Below are positions 1 through 10,362 of a DNA stretch of 64,000 nucleotides, piece after piece. Below the pieces are notes generated by a model. The model worked only from the letters and a program-made list of their open reading frames with translations. It did not search any database and was not told where the DNA came from. How positions within the stretch are numbered: the first letter of the stretch is position 1; every line of letters begins with the position of its first letter. Position numbers and translations under genes: made by a program. Origin of the DNA: Bacteroidota bacterium (lineage in GTDB: Bacteria; Bacteroidota; Bacteroidia; Flavobacteriales; Flavobacteriaceae); contig JBCCIJ010000023.1 of NCBI GenBank assembly GCA_039028295.1, positions 1,322 through 65,321 on the forward strand. The letters run 5' to 3'.

Positions 1-2
1 GT

Positions 3-1805
3 CACTTCTTAAACTTACGCCATATTTGGGGCGATGGAGGATGTGGTATTGACGATTTCGTAGCTGATACACCAGAATCTGACTTTCAAAACTTTGGATG
101 TAATCCTTCGCACGTTTCTTGTGGAACGGTAGATATGGTGCAAAACTATATGGATTATAGTGACGATGCTTGTATGAATCTTTTCACACAAGGACAAACC
201 GATAGAATGCGCGTTACCTTGTTACCCGGTGGTGTAAGAGCTGCTTTGGGAGCCTCAGATAAGTGCGGACCACCTCCTGCACCTACATGTACAGACGGTG
301 TTCAAAACGGAGATGAAACAGGAGTTGATTGTGGAGGTTCTACATGTGCTCCATGTCCTGAGCCAACTTGTTCTGATGGAATCCAGAACCAAGGTGAAAC
401 AGGAGTTGACTGTGGCGGACCGAACTGTGCGCCTTGTCAAATTGCATGTACTTCTACCGAAACCAACTTCCCTTATAACGAAGGATTTGAAAACACTACT
501 GGAGCTTGGACTCAAGATGCTGGAGATGATTTCGACTGGACAGTATTGAGTGGGTCTACTGGGTCTTCAAATACAGGACCATCTAGCGCCGATGAAGGTT
601 CTTACTATATTTATATGGAATCTTCCACGCCAAACTACTCTACAAAAAGAGCGATACTTAATTCTCCATGTTTCGACCTAAGCGGGGCAACTGCACCTAG
701 CATTTCATTCAAGTACCACATGTACGGTGCTTCAAATATGGGAAGTCTTGCTTTAGAAGCTACAACAGACGGAATTAACTGGACGAGTATTTGGAGTGCA
801 GCTGGAAATCAAGGTAATTCTTGGTTATCTGCTTCCGTAGACTTATCTGCCTACAACGGTACAATACTACAAGTTAGATTTAATGGTGTAACTGGAACAA
901 CTTGGCAGGGAGATATGGCGATTGACGCTTTAAATGTCATTACTTCTGTACCTGCGCCAACTTGCTCCGATGGTATTCAAAATGGAGATGAAACCGGCGT
1001 TGACTGTGGTGGTGCTACCTGTGCGCCATGTTCTACTGGAGGAAGCGATATCTTACATGAAGGTTACTTCGAATCGGGTTGGGATAATTGGCAAGATGGA
1101 GGAAGCGATGTTTCGCGCTATAGCGGTAGTCGTTCTTATGAAGGTAGTTACTCTATCAGATTGAGAGATAACTCTGGAACTTCTTCTGCAATGACCTCTG
1201 AAACTTTCGACGTAAGCTCGTATGATGAAGTAGAAGTAAGTTTCCATTTCTATTCTTATAGTATGGAAAACAATGAAGATTTCTGGTTACGTTACTACGA
1301 CGGTTCAGCCTGGATTACGGTTGAGACTTGGGCTCGAGGAACGGACTTTGAAAATAACGGATTCTATTCGGCAACGGTTACTGTTGATGCTGCTACTTAC
1401 ACAATGGCGAACAATGCACAATTCAGATTCCAATGTGATGCAAGTGGAAATGGTGACCATATCTATATTGACCAGGTAGTTATTACCGGGATCAATACTG
1501 GAGGTGGAGCTCGTGTAGGCCGTAACGAAATTGAATTTATTTCTGGCTTGAATACTGGTGATGGATTGGATACTGAAGTTGAATTTGTACTTCATCCAAA
1601 CCCATTGAAGGGATCGTTGTTAACGGTAACTATCAAAGGGGATCTTCAACCAGATTATAGAGTTGTAAACATCTTAGGACAGACGGTAACGTCTGGAACC
1701 TTAGTAAATGATACGATTGACCTTGGCAATTTGGAAGCCGGAGTTTACTTCGTTGAATTAACTGATGGTGATGAGAAGTTTGTAAAGCGCTTTATCAAGG
1801 AATAA
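3..1805 (+). CDS. 5'-partial M43 (pappalysin-like) zinc metalloprotease with Cys-rich DGxQNGDETGVDCGG repeats, MAM domain and T9SS C-terminal sorting domain
   Basis: Frame is open from base 3: HFLNLRHIWGDGGCG..DDFVADTP..NYMDYSDDACM (end of the zinc-binding motif plus Met-turn). MAM-like DDFDW..GSTGSSNTGPS..GSYYIY..WQGDMAID. C-terminus HPNP..GVYFVELTDGDEKFVKRFIKE. The ORF-track start at 135 is internal. Confidence 0.88.
   Translation, partial: HFLNLRHIWGDGGCGIDDFVADTPESDFQNFGCNPSHVSCGTVDMVQNYMDYSDDACMNLFTQGQTDRMRVTLLPGGVRAALGASDKCGPPPAPTCTDGVQNGDETGVDCGGSTCAPCPEPTCSDGIQNQGETGVDCGGPNCAPCQIACTSTETNFPYNEGFENTTGAWTQDAGDDFDWTVLSGSTGSSNTGPSSADEGSYYIYMESSTPNYSTKRAILNSPCFDLSGATAPSISFKYHMYGASNMGSLALEATTDGINWTSIWSAAGNQGNSWLSASVDLSAYNGTILQVRFNGVTGTTWQGDMAIDALNVITSVPAPTCSDGIQNGDETGVDCGGATCAPCSTGGSDILHEGYFESGWDNWQDGGSDVSRYSGSRSYEGSYSIRLRDNSGTSSAMTSETFDVSSYDEVEVSFHFYSYSMENNEDFWLRYYDGSAWITVETWARGTDFENNGFYSATVTVDAATYTMANNAQFRFQCDASGNGDHIYIDQVVITGINTGGGARVGRNEIEFISGLNTGDGLDTEVEFVLHPNPLKGSLLTVTIKGDLQPDYRVVNILGQTVTSGTLVNDTIDLGNLEAGVYFVELTDGDEKFVKRFIKE
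282..437 (+). repeat. Two tandem PTCxDGxQNxxETGVDCGGxxCAPC repeats (third copy at 957-1031)
   Basis: Seen directly in the translation and at DNA level (gaaacaggagttga(t/c)tgtgg). Confidence 0.9.
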
Positions 1806-1830
1806 TTTTATAATTTTTCCTATAGCATAG

Positions 1831-1864
1831 AAAAGCTCGTACGCCTTTGGTGTACGAGCTTTTT
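1831..1864. terminator. Bidirectional intrinsic terminator between convergent genes
   Basis: Perfect inverted repeat aaaagctcgtac / gtacgagctttt with A/T tails. Confidence 0.85.
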
Positions 1865-1866
1865 AT

Positions 1867-2586
1867 TTATGCTGAAAGAATTTCAATTTCATGTGGCGCC
1901 AGTAAATCCTCATTCCGAAGTTTTAGAAAGATTTGTGCTACCGTTACTGTATCCTTTTCACAGTAGGTGATAATTCGGTCTATATTGTTTTCATTGTAAA
2001 ACACATCTCGAACCTCGCTTCCGTCTATATCATCTTTGGGTGACGGAATTCCAAGAACATGCGCCAATAACTTCAAAGAAGTAAAGGTTTTGTAGTCGCC
2101 GAACTTCCAAAGCTCCATGGTATCTAAATGTGGAACCTCCCAGGGTTTTTTTCCGAAGAGATTCAGCTTAATAGGCAGATCGATACCAAGAATAACCATT
2201 CTTCGAGCGATATACGGAAAATCGAATTCTTTCCCGTTGTGCGCACAAAGTAAATGCTGAGGGCGATTAAAATAGGTTTCCAACAGAGATTTAAACGCCA
2301 TAAGCAGGGGTCTTTCCTCTCCTTGAAAGGACCTGATTCGGAAATTTCGAAACTCTTCTTTCTTCTGAAAGTAACCTACGCTTATGCAAATAATTTTGCC
2401 AAATTCGGCCCAAATCCCGGCTCGATCATAAAATTGCTCGGCACTGTATTGTTCCTTGCGTTGGTACTGTGTTTTTTGCTCCCATAGCCGTTTTGTAGTG
2501 GGTTCGAGATTGCTAAATTGCGGGTACTGCGGAACAGTTTCAATGTCCAAAAACAGGACATGTTCCAAGGGTATACGTTTCAACAT
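1867..2586 (-). CDS. PolB-like 3'-5' exonuclease (DEDD family)
   Basis: VLFLDIETVP (ExoI), AHNGKEFDFPY (ExoII), YCEKD (ExoIII). Confidence 0.85.
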   Translation of the reverse strand: MLKRIPLEHVLFLDIETVPQYPQFSNLEPTTKRLWEQKTQYQRKEQYSAEQFYDRAGIWAEFGKIICISVGYFQKKEEFRNFRIRSFQGEERPLLMAFKSLLETYFNRPQHLLCAHNGKEFDFPYIARRMVILGIDLPIKLNLFGKKPWEVPHLDTMELWKFGDYKTFTSLKLLAHVLGIPSPKDDIDGSEVRDVFYNENNIDRIITYCEKDTVTVAQIFLKLRNEDLLAPHEIEILSA

Positions 2587-2764
2587 GTTTTGAAGTTAGG
2601 AGGGGAGGAAGTAGGCTTAAAATTACAAAAAATACTTAATGAGCACCTATTTTTCAGCAAAACAAATTAAATTACCAGGGTAATACAGCGATAGGGTAAC
2701 TTGGAGAAGCTTTTTTCATGGGAGTACGTTATACCCATATCGCTGCTAACTAATAAGAACGTCT

Positions 2765-4852
2765 ATGAAATATGTAATCTCACTCCTTTTTTTGATAACC
2801 TTTTCATTGGGGATGGCTCAAAACAGTGACGCCTTTTTGTACCGATCTGCTGTGCTAGATAGTACAGGGCAAGCGCGTTCCAATGAGAATTTTGAAGTAG
2901 AAATTAGGGTCCAACAAGGAAAAATAGCCAATGAAAAACTAAACTATACCGAAAGGCATTCGGTGCTAACCGATAGTCTCGGCTGGTATTCAATAAAAGT
3001 GGGAGCAGGCACAACGGTCGATACCCATAATATTTTGAGTGATGTAGATTGGAGTCAGAGCGAGAAGTATTTACATGTTAGAGTACTCGAATTACAAGGC
3101 AAGGTAATCAGTAGCGCAATCACCGAAATTGTGGAGTCTCCTGGGCTTTCGTTGGCTAAGAATATTGAAAGCAGGGCGTTACTAACGCTAGATTGTTTAA
3201 CAAACCTGGAAGCATTGCGAAAGTTTGATGTACTTGAAAATGATGCCGTCTTTTGTGTGAAAGGACATACTACGGTTAGAGATGGAGGGGAAGGATTCTT
3301 CTATTATAATGCCACCTTAATTGCCGATGATGATGATGGAATCATTATTAAGCCTAAGAATATAGATCAAGATCGTCCCGGAAGATGGGTGCGCCATTTG
3401 GATGGACACATCAATGTGAACTACTATGGAATTAAAGCAGGAAGTAAGAACCGAGGAAGGTATACTTCAGAAACCATTCAACGGGCTATTGATTTTGCCG
3501 CTGCAAACACAGCCTATAGTCAGACGTATTATGGGGCAGGAAATACGGTGTTTTTTCCGAGTGGAGAATATATCATTGACGGTTCCTTGAGACTTCCATC
3601 CGGGGTTCGGATTCTCGGGGAAGAGAGCACCTTGCTTACGGCCAAAAAAGACGCCAATTTTGATTATTTCTTTACCATGGAAGCCGGGAAAGTATTTATT
3701 TCTATGGAAAACCTTAGAATAAACGGAAATTTGGTAGCGGACATTGGCGGAATTTATTTGAAGTCCAGACCTGGTAAAGATGGAACCGGGGGCCTATGGC
3801 AGAGCAGATTTAAGAATATTAATATTGTGAATATTCTTGGGCATGGAATTTTTTTAGAAGGAAATGACTCGATGGGTATTAACGGGCCTATCAGTTACAA
3901 AACTCCCAATCAAATGACCGTTTTTGAGAATGTAAGAATTACCAGGATGAACGATAGCAAGAATAGCCTTAGAATGATACAATATCAAGGCCAAATGACT
4001 TTTATTAATTGCCTTTTCCTGGGAAAACGTGATCGCTCGTCATTGGGGACCAATGTTTACCTGGCTAACCCTGGAGGTAATGTAGTCTCGTTCATTAATT
4101 GCACCATTCAAGAATCTGTATATGGCTTCAAGTTGATAAATTCATCCAATATCACCATCGAAAATTGTTGGTTTGAAAACTTATACTGCTCCGTTGATGT
4201 AACCGGAGGCCGAAGCATTAATATTCTTGATAGCAGATTTTCGAATGCAGCGGGTTATGGTTCGGAAGGGTTTACGGGCCCTGTCAACCTTCCAGAAGAC
4301 ATTCCTAACGGAAGCTGTATTAGCAGCGAAGATTCTACGGTCAATATTGAGAGGAACTATGTAAAAGTTACCGATCCCGATTCGCCGGAAGCACAAAAGT
4401 CTACCTTCATTTTTGGTCGCCCAAGCACCACCACTTTTACCAATAATAACAACATAGTCTCACGAGATAATTCTTTTATGGATCCTCGAATCTCAAGAAC
4501 TGTTGGTATTGTGCAAACTGTTCCCGTACAGACGAGAACCATTATTTTGGATGGAAGAACCAATGTGGCGGCAGATTTTGAAAGAAATTCTGTCCTTCGT
4601 AAAATTGAATCGACCGTTAGCGGAGGCCAACAAATCACATTGAAAATCCAAAAAACGAGCGGTAGTGGAACTGTTAAAATAAAAGATTGGGAAGGGGTTC
4701 GAAGAAAAGGGAATATTTCTTTAAATGGAGAAAGGCAGTTGGTTTTAAACCATGGACAGGAAGTTACTTTTTTAAAGGTAGACGCTCCTTTATCCAATAA
4801 TGGAGACGAGGCCATATATAAACTAGTGTCAGTGGCATCAACGGCTAATTAA
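2765..4852 (+). CDS. Secreted right-handed beta-helix protein (pectate_lyase_3/GH28-related, tailspike-like)
   Basis: Signal peptide; VKGHTTVRDGGEGFFYY and INVNYYGIKAG..TIQRAID..TVFFPSGEYII motifs; repeated N/I-rich beta-helix coils. Confidence 0.7.
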   Translation: MKYVISLLFLITFSLGMAQNSDAFLYRSAVLDSTGQARSNENFEVEIRVQQGKIANEKLNYTERHSVLTDSLGWYSIKVGAGTTVDTHNILSDVDWSQSEKYLHVRVLELQGKVISSAITEIVESPGLSLAKNIESRALLTLDCLTNLEALRKFDVLENDAVFCVKGHTTVRDGGEGFFYYNATLIADDDDGIIIKPKNIDQDRPGRWVRHLDGHINVNYYGIKAGSKNRGRYTSETIQRAIDFAAANTAYSQTYYGAGNTVFFPSGEYIIDGSLRLPSGVRILGEESTLLTAKKDANFDYFFTMEAGKVFISMENLRINGNLVADIGGIYLKSRPGKDGTGGLWQSRFKNINIVNILGHGIFLEGNDSMGINGPISYKTPNQMTVFENVRITRMNDSKNSLRMIQYQGQMTFINCLFLGKRDRSSLGTNVYLANPGGNVVSFINCTIQESVYGFKLINSSNITIENCWFENLYCSVDVTGGRSINILDSRFSNAAGYGSEGFTGPVNLPEDIPNGSCISSEDSTVNIERNYVKVTDPDSPEAQKSTFIFGRPSTTTFTNNNNIVSRDNSFMDPRISRTVGIVQTVPVQTRTIILDGRTNVAADFERNSVLRKIESTVSGGQQITLKIQKTSGSGTVKIKDWEGVRRKGNISLNGERQLVLNHGQEVTFLKVDAPLSNNGDEAIYKLVSVASTAN

Positions 4853-5227
4853 CGGAATAAGTTAGATGTCCTGTTCAAGGAACTCTGTAGTTCACTTTTT
4901 GAAAGTCTCCACTTCGATTTCATTTATTTTGGCGGCATTTGTGATCTCAACAGAATCTCTGTCACAAGTGATAACCTGAACTTTTGTAGTATTAGACGGA
5001 ATGTCAACGGCCTCCAAACCTTCCTTTATAATAAGACCAAAATCTGAACCGTTACATCTTCAGCATTAAAAACATAATGCTTTGTTTTAGTACAGAATAA
5101 GGTATTATATTCATCCTTAAGGGACCTTAAATTGAAAACCAGGCTTCGGTCTTTCTCTGAATAATTTGGCACTATTTGCTCAAAGGCTAATCTACTAATT
5201 CTTAGGTACAGGATAAAAGTGATTTTT

Positions 5228-6391
5228 TCAATGAGAACCGGTATTCAACATGGCGTAGGCTTCTTCAACATAAGTGTAGAAATCATCAGTAAAAGGTTGG
5301 TCAACGAAACCTCCTCGTTGATGTCCCAATCGAACAATGATGAGGTTGTCCTCAGGAACGGTTATAACATATTGTCCTAAAATACCGCGCATCACGAACA
5401 TGTGTTTGTCCAGGTGGTCGCTTAACCAAAACCCGTAACCATATTCAGGACTGTCCTCAAAGCGAGGCACGATAGAGGTCGCCACAAAAGTAGAGTCTAA
5501 AAGTTGTTGTCCATTCCATTTCCCGTAGTCTTTGTATAATTTTCCGAAGCGAGCAAAATCGCGTGCGTTGCTAGCAATACAGCAAAAGGTTTTAGCCAGT
5601 CGATGTTCTGCATCGTCCAATTGCCATAACCCAGGTTGTGCTGCCCCCATTGGTTGCCATAAACTCTCTGAAAGATAGTTTGCCAGTTTTTTACCAGAAG
5701 CTTTTTCTATGATCATTCCCAAAAGTTGCGTATTCCCACTTAGGTATTTATACACTTTTCCCGGTTCTTCAGTCACCTTCTGATTCAATATAGTCTCGGC
5801 CAAGTCGTCATCGTAATAGGAGCGTGCTGTAACACTAAAAGGACTCACATAGGATTCTTGCCAGTCTAGTCCGGATGCCATGGAAGACAGGTCACCCACT
5901 GTAGTTTTGTCGTTAGCATATTGCTCATAAAAATCGCCTATGGGTTGGTCCAAGCTCTTTATATAACCATCGGCAATGGCTTTCCCAAGCATAGCCGAAG
6001 TGATACTTTTCGCCATCGAAAAGGAATTAGTTTGTGAGGAAGTACCATAGCCCTCGGCATAATTTTCATACCAAATACTATCATTTTTGATTACCAGGAA
6101 AGCAACGGTTCCCAGTCTAGTGTTTATTTCTGAAAGCCGAGAGGTCGCAGAAGCGGTATTGTAATTTTCATGCAGTGGCCATGGCTGTGGGCTATTGCCG
6201 TTTTCAATGGTCATATTCTCAAAGTGAGGGTGGTCATCGATGTAGGCGGTAGTATGGCCTTTGAGGTATACAACACGCACGCCTTTAAGGATATATTCAT
6301 AATCGGTTATGTATAAAAGTCCCACCAATAGTAGGACAAGAATGATCAGGCCCTTAATAAAACGTTTCGTGAATTTGAGTAATCGTCGCAT
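5228..6391 (-). CDS. Serine hydrolase, beta-lactamase/class C-like family
   Basis: N-terminal TM anchor, SFSMAKS (SxxK), YKYLSGNT, GILGQY. Confidence 0.85.
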   Translation of the reverse strand: MRRLLKFTKRFIKGLIILVLLLVGLLYITDYEYILKGVRVVYLKGHTTAYIDDHPHFENMTIENGNSPQPWPLHENYNTASATSRLSEINTRLGTVAFLVIKNDSIWYENYAEGYGTSSQTNSFSMAKSITSAMLGKAIADGYIKSLDQPIGDFYEQYANDKTTVGDLSSMASGLDWQESYVSPFSVTARSYYDDDLAETILNQKVTEEPGKVYKYLSGNTQLLGMIIEKASGKKLANYLSESLWQPMGAAQPGLWQLDDAEHRLAKTFCCIASNARDFARFGKLYKDYGKWNGQQLLDSTFVATSIVPRFEDSPEYGYGFWLSDHLDKHMFVMRGILGQYVITVPEDNLIIVRLGHQRGGFVDQPFTDDFYTYVEEAYAMLNTGSH

Positions 6392-6400
6392 AGCTTCAGT

Positions 6401-6874
6401 TTAAAATAATTCTCCCTGTCTTACAGGGCTTTCATGTTCTAACAACCATTTTTTTCGATGTAATCCACCTGCATAGCCGGTTAAAGAACCATCCGTGCCA
6501 ATAACTCTATGACAAGGTATAATAATAGCTATGGGGTTCTTTCCATTGGCGGAGGCCGCAGCTCGAATCACTTTAGGGTCGCCGAGATGGTTTGCCATTT
6601 TTTGATAGGACATGGTCTTTCCAAAAGGGATGGCCTCCAATTGTTTCCAGACTTTTTTCTGAAACAGTGTGCCTTCAGGATTCAGGGTAAGTTGAAACTC
6701 GGTTCGGGACTTGCTAAAATATTCTTTTAATTGAGTTACCGCCGGCAATAGCACTTCCGGTATTACTTCCGAAGAAGATACTTCAGTATCCATAAAATGA
6801 ACAGAGGCCAGACCAGCAGCATCTCCTGTAATTTTCAAAAACCCCATAGGAGTGGAAATATAGGCTGTCTCCAT
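6401..6874 (-). CDS. ogt: Methylated-DNA-protein-cysteine S-methyltransferase
   Basis: Active site IIIPCHRVIG, RAAASANGKNP, GYAGGL. Confidence 0.95.
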   Translation of the reverse strand: METAYISTPMGFLKITGDAAGLASVHFMDTEVSSSEVIPEVLLPAVTQLKEYFSKSRTEFQLTLNPEGTLFQKKVWKQLEAIPFGKTMSYQKMANHLGDPKVIRAAASANGKNPIAIIIPCHRVIGTDGSLTGYAGGLHRKKWLLEHESPVRQGELF

Positions 6875-7962
6875 TAGTCGCTTTCGTTATCGTTTCTTAG
6901 ATCAATTCCCATACGTTTTGCACGGCGCTCCCAGTTTTTTCTGGCCACTGCCTGCATATCTTCAATGGCGTCACTTTCGTCCATAATCTCTTGGCCTAGA
7001 AGTGTTTCAATGATGTCTTCCATGGTTACAATACCCACAGTATTTCCAAATTCATCCACTACCAGGGCAATATGACCTCGCTGTTTGATAAAAACTTCAA
7101 ATAAATCTGGAATGGGCTTTTGAGCATCCACCACGAAAATGTCTCTCCGGATGTCACTGAGCATTTTATTTCCCCGGTCTTCAACGATTTCCTCCAGGAT
7201 ATCGTCTTTCAAAACAAAACCGGTAATATTATGTGTCTTGTCTTGGTAAACAGGAATGCGCGAAAACCTTAAATTCTTATGATGCTCGTGAAAATGTTCC
7301 AAAGTGGTAGATTCATCCTCCATAACTACTACGGGGAATGGAGTCATGACATCTTTAGCCATGACCAGCTTAAAAGCCAATAAATTTTTAATAACAGCAC
7401 TTTCGTTTTGCTCAAATACGCCTTCCTGCTCTGCGGTGTCTGTGATGGCCATAAACTCCTCCCGACTCATAGAGCTCACATGAGCAGACTTGCCAATAAG
7501 CTTAGTTGTTAGCGTCAAAAGCCATAAGATTCCTGTATACTTTAAAGGGAAAATGATAGCTTTTAAAGCAATAGCTGTAAAGGGTCCAAGCTTTTTCCAG
7601 TAAGTAGCGCCAATGGTTTTTGGGATAATTTCAGAAACAATTAAAATTAAAAGCGTCATCACTGCCGAAACTATTCCCACAATATTCACCCCTAAAACCT
7701 CCACTTTGTAGGGAAGTTTTTCGGCTTCAACCCCTACTAAAATGGCACCTACCGTATGGGCAATAGTATTAATGGTTAGGATGGCAATTAAGGGTTTGTC
7801 GATGTCTTTTTTAAGCGTGGTTATCGTATCCGCATAGCCTCGCCCTTCCTGAGATTTCACTTTAAGATAAGTGGGAGTAAAGCTCAAAAGTGCCGCTTCC
7901 AAAATGGAGCACAAAAACGAAAAGAAAATGGAAAGTACCGCGTAAACGATTAATAAAGTCAT
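6874..7962 (-). CDS. CNNM (DUF21) + CBS domain membrane protein (hemolysin/CorC-like)
   Basis: SFLCSILEAALLS, AILTINTIA, SEIIPKTIG, FSRIPVY, VVDEFGNTVGIVTMEDIIETLLG. Confidence 0.9.
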   Translation of the reverse strand: MTLLIVYAVLSIFFSFLCSILEAALLSFTPTYLKVKSQEGRGYADTITTLKKDIDKPLIAILTINTIAHTVGAILVGVEAEKLPYKVEVLGVNIVGIVSAVMTLLILIVSEIIPKTIGATYWKKLGPFTAIALKAIIFPLKYTGILWLLTLTTKLIGKSAHVSSMSREEFMAITDTAEQEGVFEQNESAVIKNLLAFKLVMAKDVMTPFPVVVMEDESTTLEHFHEHHKNLRFSRIPVYQDKTHNITGFVLKDDILEEIVEDRGNKMLSDIRRDIFVVDAQKPIPDLFEVFIKQRGHIALVVDEFGNTVGIVTMEDIIETLLGQEIMDESDAIEDMQAVARKNWERRAKRMGIDLRNDNESD

Positions 7963-8063
7963 CTAAACTATTTTACGCTTAAAATTACACTTTTAATTTT
8001 GAGTGCCGAAATAGACTTTAAAAGAAAAGTGTTCTGACGCAACCAATACACTTCACTGGTCTA

Positions 8064-8570
8064 TTACCAGCCCACATAGCGAGGTGGTTCAAGGTCTTTT
8101 AGGTTGAGGTATACAATTAATTGGCCACGATGATGCGTTACGTGATCTAGTAATAGGTTTAAAATTTGCAATTTACTCTTAGGACCCGCAAAAAACTTGA
8201 CGGTCTCTTTTAGTTCTTCTTCGGAAGTAGCCGCAATGGTCTCGCCAACGGCGTCAAATGCGTTTTCTAACGAAGCGATGATCTGCTCTTTTTCGCTTGG
8301 AAAACTATCCGAATGCTCCTTTTCTCTGCTGAAATATTTAGTGCTTAGCCAATCCATATTCCCTTGAATATGTTCCAATTGCTCGGCAAAACTGCGTTGT
8401 CTTTCGGTGGGTTTAAAACCGTAATCTTCCTCAGGCATTAGTTGGGCCATTTCGACAAGATAGTTCTTTGAGTTCTCCCATTTTTCTAGAAAAGCATCTT
8501 TGACATTGGCTTGTTGTGCAAACATAGTAGTGGAAATTAGTAGCGTGAAAAGTAAGATTTTGTGATTCAT
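8064..8570 (-). CDS. DinB family protein with signal peptide
   Basis: SFAEQLEHI and DHVTHHRGQLIVYL. Confidence 0.85.
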   Translation of the reverse strand: MNHKILLFTLLISTTMFAQQANVKDAFLEKWENSKNYLVEMAQLMPEEDYGFKPTERQRSFAEQLEHIQGNMDWLSTKYFSREKEHSDSFPSEKEQIIASLENAFDAVGETIAATSEEELKETVKFFAGPKSKLQILNLLLDHVTHHRGQLIVYLNLKDLEPPRYVGW

Positions 8571-8580
8571 TGTATTAAAA

Positions 8581-9570
8581 TTAGGAGATTAATTTTACCA
8601 CATCCTTGGCAAAATAGGAGGCAATTATATGAGCACCTGCACGTTTGATGGCGATTAATTGTTCCATCATAACGGCGTCATGGTCTAACCAACCTTTTTC
8701 GGCGGCGGCCTTGAGCATGGCATATTCGCCACTCACTTGATATACGGCAATGGGCACTTCAACCGCATTTCGAATTTCCCGAACAATATCCAGATAACAC
8801 AAGCCGGGCTTGACCATCACAATATCGGCTCCTTCGTCTATGTCCATTTCCACTGCTTTGATGGCTTCATCTCGGTTGGCAAAATCCATTTGATAGGTCT
8901 TTTTATCCTTTGGAACATGCTGCAAGTCCACAGGCGCCGAATCCAACGCATCTCTAAAAGGCCCATAATAAGCTGAAGCATATTTAGCACTATAACTCAA
9001 AATACCAGTATCGACAAAACCATCATCTTCCAATGCTTCCCGAATGACTCCAACACGTCCATCCATCATATCGCTAGGGGCCACAAAATTGGCTCCTGCC
9101 TGTGCATGGGAGAGGGACATTTCAGCTAAAACATTCAGGGTATCATCGTTAACAATAGCACCGTTTTCAACAATGCCGTCGTGACCGTATTTAGAATAAG
9201 GGTCTAAAGCAACATCACTCATCACAAGCATATCGGGTACGGCATCCTTTACTGTTTTGATGGCACGTTGCATGAGTCCATTGGCGTTGACGGCCTCAGT
9301 TCCTTTATTGTCCTTAAGAGAATCGGGTACTTTAACGAACAGTAACACGCTTTTCAGACCTAAGGACCATAACTCTTTTACTTCAGCAGAAAGCAGGTCC
9401 AAGCTATAGCGATAGTAATTGGGCATGGAGGCAATTTCTTCTTTCACACCTTTTCCTTCAACCACAAAAAGCGGCACCAAAAAATCATTAGGTGTTATAA
9501 GGGTTTCACGCACCAAACCACGAATGGCTTCATTGCTGCGGAGTCGTCTGTTTCTTCTAATTGGATACAT
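8581..9570 (-). CDS. hemB: Porphobilinogen synthase (ALA dehydratase)
   Basis: SDVALDPYSKYGHDG, APSDMMDGRV, YSAKYASAYYGPFRDA, GADIVMVKPGLCYLD, YQVSGEYAM. Confidence 0.98.
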   Translation of the reverse strand: MYPIRRNRRLRSNEAIRGLVRETLITPNDFLVPLFVVEGKGVKEEIASMPNYYRYSLDLLSAEVKELWSLGLKSVLLFVKVPDSLKDNKGTEAVNANGLMQRAIKTVKDAVPDMLVMSDVALDPYSKYGHDGIVENGAIVNDDTLNVLAEMSLSHAQAGANFVAPSDMMDGRVGVIREALEDDGFVDTGILSYSAKYASAYYGPFRDALDSAPVDLQHVPKDKKTYQMDFANRDEAIKAVEMDIDEGADIVMVKPGLCYLDIVREIRNAVEVPIAVYQVSGEYAMLKAAAEKGWLDHDAVMMEQLIAIKRAGAHIIASYFAKDVVKLIS

Positions 9571-9587
9571 AGGGGGTAGAATTAAAA

Positions 9588-10361
9588 CTAATCGAGGTTT
9601 CGTATAAATTTATCAACGTTAATGTAGACGTCGTCTTCGCCTTGTTGATCAAAAGGGTTTTCCAGATGTGCTTGAATATTATCCAGCGCCACAAGAATCA
9701 CACTAAATAAAATAGGCACTGCAAATTGAAGTCCGTAGGTGAAATTAGTGGCGTTTTCAGCGAAATGTGGACCATATACAATGGGTAAAATCACGATAAA
9801 AATATCGCTATAGGTACGAAGCGTTATGGGTGTGCGGTACTGATAAATATGTTTAATTCGTTCAAAGGAGATCATCATTTTGCTTAAAAACTGGTTGGAG
9901 CGAGATGCCTCGCCGGATGGAAGTCCATGTCCTCGCATTGATTTAATGAATTCGGATAAATTTTGGAAGCTGTTGTATACTTCTTTTTCATGCTGCTCTA
10001 AGCTATCAACGGGATTACTAAATACTACCTTGCAGGAGTTAAATAAACCTCTTAAATGATCTTTTAGTTCTGTCTTTAGGGCAACAGGAGGGTTTTCTAA
10101 CCAATGCGATACTGCAAAGAACAAGGCCCTTCCATGTGCCTTAATGGAGCCATATTCGTCCAAAGCGATTTCGCGCCGTTTGTAAGCTCCGCCAATGGAA
10201 AATACAATAGGAAAAACGATAGCCGTTCCAATGAGGGTAAGGGGAAAATTAGCTTTTATTTCATATTGTATACAAACGATGGTGGATATAATGGACAGCC
10301 CTGTTATGAGAATCGTTTTGTAGTTGACGATTAAGAAAATACGTTTGAAAAGTCTCCACAT
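9588..10361 (-). CDS. Bestrophin-like (UPF0187) membrane channel protein
   Basis: Two TM pairs, RREIALDEYGSI, HLENPFDQQGEDDV. Confidence 0.65.
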   Translation of the reverse strand: MWRLFKRIFLIVNYKTILITGLSIISTIVCIQYEIKANFPLTLIGTAIVFPIVFSIGGAYKRREIALDEYGSIKAHGRALFFAVSHWLENPPVALKTELKDHLRGLFNSCKVVFSNPVDSLEQHEKEVYNSFQNLSEFIKSMRGHGLPSGEASRSNQFLSKMMISFERIKHIYQYRTPITLRTYSDIFIVILPIVYGPHFAENATNFTYGLQFAVPILFSVILVALDNIQAHLENPFDQQGEDDVYINVDKFIRNLD

Positions 10362-10362
10362 A

